Assembly: GCA_016840855.1 (NCBI GenBank)
Contig: JAEORO010000060.1
Location: 1-64,000, forward strand
Source of the DNA: Candidatus Thorarchaeota archaeon
GTDB lineage: Archaea; Asgardarchaeota; Thorarchaeia; Thorarchaeales; Thorarchaeaceae
Direction: 5' to 3'
Length of the DNA: 64,000 bases
The first letter of the stretch is position 1, and the number at the start of each line of letters is the position of its first letter. A model generated the notes under the pieces. It did not search any database and was not told the DNA's origin. It was given only the letters and a program-made list of their open reading frames with translations. Of this stretch, positions 50,910 to 59,061 are shown one piece after another. Both the position numbers and the translations under genes were made by a program.

Positions 50910-51488
50910 ATGACCCAGCCACGGCTGCGCTTACTAACGACTCCTTCCCACATCGAAAACCACACACCGCTTTATGTTGACGTCGATAGTGCGCGGCTGT
51001 GGAATCTTGTTGAAGATGATGCAGTTCATCTGATTCTTAGGAAGCCTGCTCTACTTGAACTTGCTCGCAGATGTGATCCTCTTCTCATGGATTACTGCGA
51101 GAACCTACTTTGTTCAGATGAATATGAAAAGTGGCTCTTAGGTGTAGACCTACTTGTGGTTATAGGCACTCCTGATGCGGTTGATCGTTTGATTCTTGTC
51201 TATGCGCAATCACTGAATGATGAGAGAAAATATGTCCTATCCATGGTTGCGAAGATTCTAACAGCTGAACATGTCAAACCTTTCAGTATCATGGTTCGAG
51301 ATGTGGCAATTCCTGGCGAACTGGATGTAACTGGATGGACAAGGACGGCTATTTCCACATTAAAAGACGCTTGCAGGCGATTTGGAATTGAAACATATGG
51401 AGATGGAGAGAGAAATGTAAGCAGGGATGCTACTGAGTCACTGGAAATTAGAAACCCTGATGAGATATCTCCGATGTCTGATAGTTGA
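50910..51488 (+). CDS. Hypothetical alpha-helical (HEAT-like) protein
   Basis: 192 aa; L..IGTPDAVDRLI resembles a HEAT/PBS repeat. Confidence 0.6.
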   Translation: MTQPRLRLLTTPSHIENHTPLYVDVDSARLWNLVEDDAVHLILRKPALLELARRCDPLLMDYCENLLCSDEYEKWLLGVDLLVVIGTPDAVDRLILVYAQSLNDERKYVLSMVAKILTAEHVKPFSIMVRDVAIPGELDVTGWTRTAISTLKDACRRFGIETYGDGERNVSRDATESLEIRNPDEISPMSDS

Positions 51489-51508
51489 GAGAGAGGATTG
51501 AACTTCTC

Positions 51509-51845
51509 TCTAAACGAGACTCTTTGTTTGCAAATACAGTTTTGTATATTCCAAATAAAGTCCACTGAATTGGGCTTGCGTTATGTGTATATTCTACATA
51601 TTTTGTTCAACTTGTGATACTCATTCTGTCGGTTATTTTCATTTTATCTCGATTAGATGTTCTATGGCTACACTATGTCAGTGATATGACAATGTCTCCG
51701 AAAGATAGAGTTGGCGAAAACGAGCCTTGGTCCGAATAGGATCTCGGATTGCATTTATTTGGAACTTCAGCAAGTACCAAATCTATATCGTCCCATAATG
51801 GGACGACTTGGTTTTTTTTCTTTAGTTGTTGTCTAAACGAGACTC
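51509..51845. repeat. 14-bp direct repeat pair TCTAAACGAGACTC (51509-51522, 51832-51845)
   Basis: Exact copies near both ends of a 430-bp AT-rich intergenic region. Confidence 0.7.
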
Positions 51846-51918
51846 CTTAAGGTCGTAAAAACAATTCTAAAATGCTAAACATAGTCATTAATGACTTGTA
51901 TTCTTGGGGACACTCTGA

Positions 51919-53904
51919 ATGAATTCTTCTGAAGGATTGACTGCAATAGTATGGACATCAGAAGAAGAATGTGAGAATGGACATCTTAAGATTGGGGAGA
52001 ATGGCATATCAATAAAGCTGGAAAGTGGGAGAGTATTATCAAGTCAAAAACCAAGCAATTCACTCTATAGATTGATTGATGGCCCATTTATGATGGCAAA
52101 TAGAGTCTTCTTCGATCCAATCTTGTTTGTAATACGCCCATATGCAGGAGATGTAGGTCATGTTGTAGAAGATGTGTTTCCTCCTTCTAGTGGAGGGTTT
52201 TATGGTAGAATGAAGCTAGGGGGAAAAAAAGCAGTTTATGTTGTTCAACAGATTGAAGGAGATTCGAAACTATGGTTGCTTATAGGAGACCCGAAAACAG
52301 GAGGGGTCTTCGAGTCTCAAATGATACATGCCTATGAGGCAGAGGCAATTAAGTTGCTTGAAAATAAAGACTTCCAGAATCTGCTTGACTGGAGCATGCT
52401 TGAAAATGATTTAGAAAAAGATAGAATTGACGTGCTTGAAGTTCTGGATGAGCCTTCTCCATCATGGGAGGATATTGCGAAGCTCGTTAGTGATGTGACG
52501 ATTGACAACTTGAAATTAGGAGTTTCGATGAGAGACACATTATCGCAATTTGTACCAGACTCATTTCCGGACTCGATAAGAGAAGAGTTAATGGCATTCC
52601 TCGCGTTTGCCAACAGACCTGAAATATTAATGGAAGACCCTGTTGATTTCTCATGGCGCACATATTCGTTCCAGTCATTTGGAAATCTGATACGTGGACA
52701 TCTAAGATGTATTCTTTCTGATAATCCTTGGCCACCATATATCAAATATCTGAGATTGGCAGAGAAAAAACGATTACAACGACCAATAGTGACGTTAGAT
52801 GCAAATATAGAATCACCATGGGATATTTTCAGACAGAAGGTAAACGAGGCTTTTCCTAATTGGACTGGTATCGCTATTAATTCTGCAAAAGATTTGACAA
52901 AGTCAGGGAAAGTTATTACAAAGATGCCAGCGACACGTTCTCGTGCTAAGAAGTCTAAAAGAGTGTGGAAAGAACGTTTGGCTGCTGTTTCTTATGGCTT
53001 GAGGATTCGAGGTCATATAAATTCAGGTACCATCGGACTCACAGATCTTGTGTATCTGGGTGCAGCATATAGATGGCCACATCGCCATATGAAATTCATC
53101 ACAAAATTAGGTTCGTCAGAAAGCAATCCCCCACACATACATGTAATGACAATGCCAAAAACTGCAGCAGAGCGTGTCAAGAGATTTCTACCAAATGTAA
53201 TGGAGGTTGCATGGTCTGCGCGGACAGCCAATCTTGATTTGTATGATCACACATCAGAAAGTTGGTATGTATCTGTAAGTCGTATCGTGGAGTCAATCGA
53301 TAGAGAGAGTTCGAGGAGAAGACTAGTCAAACGGTTCACCAGAAGTTCTCAAAGAGATACATACCAATTGAATTTCGATGAGGCAAAAGTCGCTGGATTG
53401 GTTTCAAAAGATATCTTTCTAGTCGATTTTGAGAAACCTGGACGTTTCAATTATTGGGGTTTGAGTGGAAATCGGATTCACTCAATTCTGGCAAATCTGT
53501 ACCAAAGAGGTATTGTTGATATCACATATGGTGTCAGCGATGCACAGCTTGTGTCTATTGCGACCGTTGCTCAGGGCAAGTCCAAATACATTACCTCCCT
53601 AACAGAATCGTTCTTGGATTATTCAGCGACATCTTTGGCAATGCTAAACAAGAGCTCAGATATGGTAGTGATATTATCCATGTTGCCCGAAGAAGCGGCT
53701 TATGAGCTAGTAGCAGAACTGCCAAGATATGGAATCTTGAAAGATGTGATGATTCGATGTATGAGACCAACGGCGTTCCGTAGCTTCACATTCGACCTTT
53801 ATCATCGCCTCCTCAAAGATGATGGAACTTGGGATGACGATGTGACTGCATTTCTCTCACAGGCTCGTTCTAAGAGAAAAGAGTTGTCAGAGAGTAACGC
53901 TTAA
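51919..53904 (+). CDS. Large hypothetical protein (661 aa)
   Basis: Long uninterrupted ORF; no family recognised with confidence. Confidence 0.8.
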   Translation: MNSSEGLTAIVWTSEEECENGHLKIGENGISIKLESGRVLSSQKPSNSLYRLIDGPFMMANRVFFDPILFVIRPYAGDVGHVVEDVFPPSSGGFYGRMKLGGKKAVYVVQQIEGDSKLWLLIGDPKTGGVFESQMIHAYEAEAIKLLENKDFQNLLDWSMLENDLEKDRIDVLEVLDEPSPSWEDIAKLVSDVTIDNLKLGVSMRDTLSQFVPDSFPDSIREELMAFLAFANRPEILMEDPVDFSWRTYSFQSFGNLIRGHLRCILSDNPWPPYIKYLRLAEKKRLQRPIVTLDANIESPWDIFRQKVNEAFPNWTGIAINSAKDLTKSGKVITKMPATRSRAKKSKRVWKERLAAVSYGLRIRGHINSGTIGLTDLVYLGAAYRWPHRHMKFITKLGSSESNPPHIHVMTMPKTAAERVKRFLPNVMEVAWSARTANLDLYDHTSESWYVSVSRIVESIDRESSRRRLVKRFTRSSQRDTYQLNFDEAKVAGLVSKDIFLVDFEKPGRFNYWGLSGNRIHSILANLYQRGIVDITYGVSDAQLVSIATVAQGKSKYITSLTESFLDYSATSLAMLNKSSDMVVILSMLPEEAAYELVAELPRYGILKDVMIRCMRPTAFRSFTFDLYHRLLKDDGTWDDDVTAFLSQARSKRKELSESNA

Positions 53905-53932
53905 AACCAAACGTGTAAGACGAGCGACTTGA

Positions 53933-54047
53933 TGGCGGCCATAGGGAGCCGTGAAACACCTGAACCCGGCCGAACTCAGAAGTTAAGACGACTCCCGTTA
54001 GGAGAGATGTGCGCTGCGCGAGCGCGTGACAGGCTCCTAAGCTGCCA
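53933..54047 (+). rRNA. rrf: 5S rRNA (stand-alone)
   Basis: TGGCGGC/GCTGCCA helix I, GGCCATAG, AAACACC, CCGAAC, GAAGTTAAG, GCGAGC hairpin, pyrimidine-rich tract downstream. Confidence 0.9.
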
Positions 54048-54137
54048 CATTTTCCTTCTTCGTAATCATCTTTCGATTAGAAAATGTAGAGATAGAAGTG
54101 ATTAAAAGAGCAGCGAACAAAATCGGTTTTGATATAG

Positions 54138-55256
54138 ATGCAGCTAGGAGAACCAAATGAATTCAGTTGGATAATCAACATTGCATTCTTTGCCTTCATT
54201 ATAATCTTCAGTCTTTATGGAGCAAAGTTCCAGATGTGGCAATGGCTGAAGCAGATTGAGGCAGGTTTGCATGAACTGAAGCGAATGTTCATAGAATCAC
54301 GGCAAACAGCCATTGATGCATTCAAGGAATATGGCAAATCTGAAGAAGAAGTTGCCAAAGATTTGGACCGATGGATGGATTATTTCACAATAATGCCAGT
54401 AGACTTGGATCCAGCTGGCATCTTGAAACGACTTGACCACCTCCTTGATGAACGCAGAGATCGTTTCCAAGAGTTTGTTGCGGACTTAGCCCCTGAATCA
54501 ACAGAAGGGATGAATCAGAACCTAGAGAATACATTGGAAGTAACGCAAGTTCTAGGTCTCATCTTCAGGGTTGTCAGACACTTCTACCTCTTAGGTAAAA
54601 AGACTGGTAGTCAGATAATGATTATGCAAATCCAGATGCAGATGCCAGACCTTCTTAGACTTGCAAAAGCGTACTATGATGCCCTTAGTGCATTCGCAGA
54701 TGGTAAGCCAATTGGCGATGGCATTGGTCCACTGGTCATTACCAAGTTCGCTAGAGAGTATGGTGGCACATCAGAAAACTACAACCATGAGGTTGCACGC
54801 GAAGTTGGGTACTACGAGGTTAAAGCCGAGGGAAGAACTGTATATGCCCTAAGAGCAACTGGACCTGGTGGCACAGTCGGAAAACCGGGATTTGCTGTTA
54901 AGAACCTCGTTGATAAGTATGGGAGCAAGATAACTCGAATCATAACAGTGGATGCTGCTTTGAAACTAGAGGGTGAGGAGCTCGGACGGGTTTCTGAAGG
55001 AACAGGTGCTGCAATAGGGGACCCAGGTCCTGAGAAACATGCAATGGAGCAGACTGCGACAGAACGCGGAATTGGTATAGAAGCCATTGTCATAAAGGAA
55101 GATGAGGCAGCTGCTGTAGGAATCATGGACAAACGAATCTTAGATTCTGTTCCTGAAGTCATTGAGAGAATCAAAGCATCAATCCTCAAGCGTACGAAAC
55201 CAGGCGACAGTGTGATTCTTGCGGGAATCGGGAACACGATTGGAATTGGTCTCTGA
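54138..55256 (+). CDS. DUF1512 family protein
   Basis: I.PVDLDPAGI, PIGDGIGP, A.GPGGTVG.PG, VDAALKLEGE, GIGNTIGI. Confidence 0.85.
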   Translation: MQLGEPNEFSWIINIAFFAFIIIFSLYGAKFQMWQWLKQIEAGLHELKRMFIESRQTAIDAFKEYGKSEEEVAKDLDRWMDYFTIMPVDLDPAGILKRLDHLLDERRDRFQEFVADLAPESTEGMNQNLENTLEVTQVLGLIFRVVRHFYLLGKKTGSQIMIMQIQMQMPDLLRLAKAYYDALSAFADGKPIGDGIGPLVITKFAREYGGTSENYNHEVAREVGYYEVKAEGRTVYALRATGPGGTVGKPGFAVKNLVDKYGSKITRIITVDAALKLEGEELGRVSEGTGAAIGDPGPEKHAMEQTATERGIGIEAIVIKEDEAAAVGIMDKRILDSVPEVIERIKASILKRTKPGDSVILAGIGNTIGIGL

Positions 55257-55267
55257 GGTGAATATAG

Positions 55268-55630
55268 ATGGGGATTGTAAGTAAACTTCTAGGACTTGTT
55301 TTCGCAGCATCAGGATTCATCATCCTTTGGTGGGGTATGGGAACAAATGATGCACTCTCATTCATCTGGTCATTCATAGGCATGTTCGTTATGGCTATGG
55401 GATTTGCACTACTGACCTCAGGAAGAGAGCAAAAAGAAGCAAAACCACCGCCGCCTACAGTCACAGAAATCAAATGTAATAGCTGCGACTTCAAGGAGAT
55501 TAGAGATTTCCAGAAAGGTGATTATGTCTTGAAAGCTGTAGAAACCACCTGTCCAAAGTGTCAGAGCGCCATGACAATTGAAGGCGTATACATTGTAAGA
55601 GAAGAAACGGATGACAAGGACAGGATTTAG
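55268..55630 (+). CDS. Two-TM protein with C-terminal Zn-ribbon
   Basis: CNSC..R.FQKGDYV...CPKC...IEGVY. Confidence 0.75.
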   Translation: MGIVSKLLGLVFAASGFIILWWGMGTNDALSFIWSFIGMFVMAMGFALLTSGREQKEAKPPPPTVTEIKCNSCDFKEIRDFQKGDYVLKAVETTCPKCQSAMTIEGVYIVREETDDKDRI

Positions 55631-56526
55631 TCCAGTTTAGTCAGGATTATGGGACCATCCTCTGAGATAAAGACTGTGTGCTCAGTCTGACTCACGGGAC
55701 GTCCCTTCTTTTCTATCTGCATAGGATAACCACGGATTGCTCGCGCATTGAGCAGCTCTTTGATTTCATTAATAACATCAACTTTTTTGGTCGATGTGCC
55801 AATCCAACGAGATGCAAATGGAAGAGGACCATATTTGTCACGTAGATACTTTCGGAGCTTCTCAGTTGTACCTTCTAAGGGTTCATCAATCCCGGTGTTT
55901 GCAAAAATATAGACGTACTCGCTATCAATGACTGTTCCGGTTCCAGTTGTGGCGAATGGTTCGATTGCATAATATTCGCCTACTTCTACTGTCCCGACGT
56001 TCCTTTTCTTGACATTGGGGACAATCTTTCCTGCATGAAGACGGTATTTCTTGAGATTGTGTCCTGATAGGTTCTTGACTGGTTTGAGTCCATAATCTTT
56101 GATTACTCTTTCAATGATTTGTCCAACATCTCCAAGCTCTGTACCAGGTTGCATCATTGTTATCGCCTCATTCAAGGCATCATCAGTAGCCAAGACAAAA
56201 CCCTCTAGACTTTTGTCGATGTCTATGGTACATGCTGTATCAGCGATAAACCCGTCAATATGTACACCAACATCCAACTTTACTAGACCAAAATCAGGAA
56301 TCTCACTCTTGTCACCCCTTGGCGATGTACTATGAGCGGCTATATGATTTATAGAAACATTGAGTGGGAACGCGGGAGTACCGCCATATTCCTTGATTTT
56401 TTTCTCAGCCAGGGCACAAATCTTGATGATCTTCTTACCAGGCTCTATCTCAACACTGGTTTCGTTCAAAACACGTGCTGCAATTTTCCCTGATTTTATT
56501 GCTGAAGGGTGTAAGGCAGAAGACAC
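55627..56526 (-). CDS. map: Type II methionine aminopeptidase, copy 1
   Basis: AFP.N.S, AAH, KLDVGVHIDG..AD, GH, AIEPF, QTEHT. Confidence 0.93.
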   Translation of the reverse strand: MSSALHPSAIKSGKIAARVLNETSVEIEPGKKIIKICALAEKKIKEYGGTPAFPLNVSINHIAAHSTSPRGDKSEIPDFGLVKLDVGVHIDGFIADTACTIDIDKSLEGFVLATDDALNEAITMMQPGTELGDVGQIIERVIKDYGLKPVKNLSGHNLKKYRLHAGKIVPNVKKRNVGTVEVGEYYAIEPFATTGTGTVIDSEYVYIFANTGIDEPLEGTTEKLRKYLRDKYGPLPFASRWIGTSTKKVDVINEIKELLNARAIRGYPMQIEKKGRPVSQTEHTVFISEDGPIILTKLD

Positions 56527-56581
56527 ATTTTCACCTTAAATGGAGAATGAAAACTGGCACTCTTAAGAGGTTCCATGCACG

Positions 56582-57499
56582 CTAGACTTGTTCATCTTCC
56601 CGCCGAGTAGATATAATGGCACCATTCTGGCTTACATAGATGCTGTGTTCAAATTGAGAGACCAGTCCGTTCTTACCCTCATACAGCACAGGATAGCCAT
56701 GAATAGCACCAGCTCGTTGAAGATTATTGAGGGCTGCAGCTATATCTATACTACCACCTTTTGCATGAAGCCATCTTCCCGCCCAAGGAAGACTTCCGAA
56801 TTTCTGCCGAGCAATGTTTCGAACCCTCAATGTTGTCTTATCGAGTTTCTTTTTGTTTTTCATGTCATTAGAAAAGATGTAAGCTTTGGGCCCACTTTTG
56901 ATTGTGCCATTACCATCTGTGGCAAATGGTTCTATAGCAAAGGTTTCGCCAAGACGCATCTTTGCTGTCATCTTCATTCTAACATTTGGGACATTCTTAC
57001 CAGCATGAAGGTTCCATGGTTTTAATTGATGTCCTGAGAGTTGGTGGATTGGTTTTAGACCATGACGTTTTACGGTTCGCTCAATTGCTTTTCCAACATC
57101 ACCTAGGGAAACGTCAGGATAGACAATCTCAATGGCTGACTCCAAAGCTTCTCGGGATGCTTCAACATATTTCTCAAGGGATCCATCCAAATCCAATGTG
57201 AGAGCTGTGTCAGAGATATAGCCATTCACATGAGCACCAAGGTCTATCTTCACGAGGCCTTTGTCTGGAAATGTTTTGGTATCACCAAAGGGACTTGTAT
57301 AGTGCGCTGCTTCATCATTGATGGATATATTACACGGAAAAGCAACTCCACTGGCACCTAATTCAAGTATTTTCTTCTCTGCTTGCTGACAAATCTTCAA
57401 TACTTTGACCCCTGGACGTACCATTGGAGCTACGAAACTCAATGCATGTGCGGCTATCTTTCCAGCCTTCATGAAGTCGGGATGGGGCTTTGTATCCAT
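56582..57499 (-). CDS. map: Type II methionine aminopeptidase, copy 2
   Basis: AFPCNIS, AAHY, KIDLGAHVNG..SD, GH, AIEPF, QFEHS. Confidence 0.93.
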   Translation of the reverse strand: MDTKPHPDFMKAGKIAAHALSFVAPMVRPGVKVLKICQQAEKKILELGASGVAFPCNISINDEAAHYTSPFGDTKTFPDKGLVKIDLGAHVNGYISDTALTLDLDGSLEKYVEASREALESAIEIVYPDVSLGDVGKAIERTVKRHGLKPIHQLSGHQLKPWNLHAGKNVPNVRMKMTAKMRLGETFAIEPFATDGNGTIKSGPKAYIFSNDMKNKKKLDKTTLRVRNIARQKFGSLPWAGRWLHAKGGSIDIAAALNNLQRAGAIHGYPVLYEGKNGLVSQFEHSIYVSQNGAIISTRREDEQV

Positions 57500-57623
57500 A
57501 AGTAGTCACACTATTTTCGATAACGCTGGTTGGTATTAACTTTCAGATTGAGCAGGATTGTTATTCATAAGGGGAAAACATAGAAAGGGCAAACAGTAAA
57601 AGTATGCTGGGAGACATTGAATC

Positions 57624-58295
57624 ATGAAAATCACGTTTCTGGGTCACGCATCGTTTAAGATTGAAGAGGATGGAAAGATTGTCTATGTTGACCCTTGGCT
57701 CACCGGTCCAACATCACCACTAACAGTGGATGATGTGGATGAAGCTGATATTGTACTTGTCACTCATGACCATGGTGATCACGGTTATGCTGAAGCACTA
57801 GGAATCTGTAAGAACACTGGAGCATACCTAGTTGCAATCAATGAACTCGCACATAAGGCGGGTTCACAAGGCGTTGAAAGTATTCACACTCTTAATATTG
57901 GAGGAAGCGTGAACATCGGTGGTGTGGTTGTAACCCTAGTTCAAGCATTCCATTCATCAGGTGTTGGAGCTCCAACGGGCTTTGTGGTAAGGTTTCCAAG
58001 CAGTACTTTCTATCACGCAGGAGATACAGGCGTATTCTCGTCTATGGAGCTTTTAGGAGAATTATATGGTCCAGTGGATGTCGCTCTACTACCCATTGGT
58101 TCATACTTCGTAATGGATATCCATCAAGCAGCTTTAGCAACGAAACTTCTCAAACCAAGAAATGTAATTCCTATGCACTATGACACATTTCCAGTCATAG
58201 AGGCAAATCCAGAGAAGTTCAAGGCTCTTGTTTCTGAAACAAGTCCAGACACAAAGGTGGTCATTCTCAAACCTGGAGATGAAACAGAAATCTAA
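57624..58295 (+). CDS. Metal-dependent hydrolase, MBL fold (UPF0173-like)
   Basis: LGHASF, DPW, THDHGDH, A.HSS, YHAGDTG, PMHYDTF. Confidence 0.9.
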   Translation: MKITFLGHASFKIEEDGKIVYVDPWLTGPTSPLTVDDVDEADIVLVTHDHGDHGYAEALGICKNTGAYLVAINELAHKAGSQGVESIHTLNIGGSVNIGGVVVTLVQAFHSSGVGAPTGFVVRFPSSTFYHAGDTGVFSSMELLGELYGPVDVALLPIGSYFVMDIHQAALATKLLKPRNVIPMHYDTFPVIEANPEKFKALVSETSPDTKVVILKPGDETEI

Positions 58296-58296
58296 G

Positions 58297-59045
58297 TTTA
58301 GATGGTGGTCGATGCCTGTAACCCTTCACACTAACTCCCAGAATCATAGCATCAGATGGTACATCTGGCTCCACTGAGCTGTCTCATGTTGGGTGCTCTG
58401 ACATCGACCGGCCTGCCAATGTACGAAACCGGGGTGACTCACTCTTCATCTAAAGGACAAACATCCCCATCAAGCGAGTCCGTTAGGGCTCGTCCTTTTG
58501 GTGCTTAGCAGGCATTTGTCCAAGATGTGACCCGCCCTATGCGCAACACCTCATTGGTATAACCTCAGTGCGCCCTCGAGAACGGGACTGAATACTCCTG
58601 AACATGAAAAATCTGTATTTCTATAGTTATTAGGATTATCACATGGCGCGAATCAGACCATTCTTGGTAGCAGCAGTGACTCTCTATGTAAGGCATCTAT
58701 GGCGATAACGACATCTTCAAATACGCTGGGGAATCAAACCCCGTGTATAGCACAAGTGATAGAGTCACAGCTGTGCTTTGTAAATCATCATATAATCATA
58801 TCATAGCGCCACGCGCTCCCGACTACGGACCCAAAGAGAATAGTCGGTGAGAGCACTGCGCAAAGTCTTCGGACTATTATCATTCACAGGATTATCATCA
58901 CGATTATCTTAGCATATGTTCGGGCATGGGTTTGAGTAGTATCATACAGGTCTTATTCCAATCATAGAATAGATGCATAGGCCAATCTGTGACAAGACGC
59001 AGGCGGAATCACCTTGGTCTGTAGGGCGAGAAAACGTGGCAGCAT
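58297..59045 (+). ncRNA. Candidate large multi-domain structured RNA or 5' leader upstream of dnaG
   Basis: No credible ORF; more than ten nested helices, several with G-U pairs valid only on +; cUUCGg tetraloop at 58867-58872; AUCAU repeat cluster. Ends are approximate. Confidence 0.65.
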
Positions 59046-59061
59046 AACATAGGAGACGTGC

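Noticed and set aside
51560-51660. Replication origin (ORB-like GTCCACTGAA plus an AT-rich stretch)
   Set aside because: Only one partial match, no repeated ORBs with G-strings, and no cdc6/orc1 in the window.
58568-58860. Group II intron 5' end (GTGCGCCC at 58568) and group I P7-like GACTA/TAGTC (58821-58845)
   Set aside because: There is no domain V hairpin downstream; the P7-like halves are only ~15 nt apart, leaving no room for P3/P8; and no host gene is interrupted.
58297-59045. RNase P RNA or SRP RNA as the identity of the structured region
   Set aside because: I could not find the GAGGAAAGUCC and ACAGAANNNGGCUUA P4 elements, or the SRP helix-8 motif (CAGG..CGGAAGG.AGCA), on either strand. 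A covariance-model search is still needed to exclude a very divergent copy.
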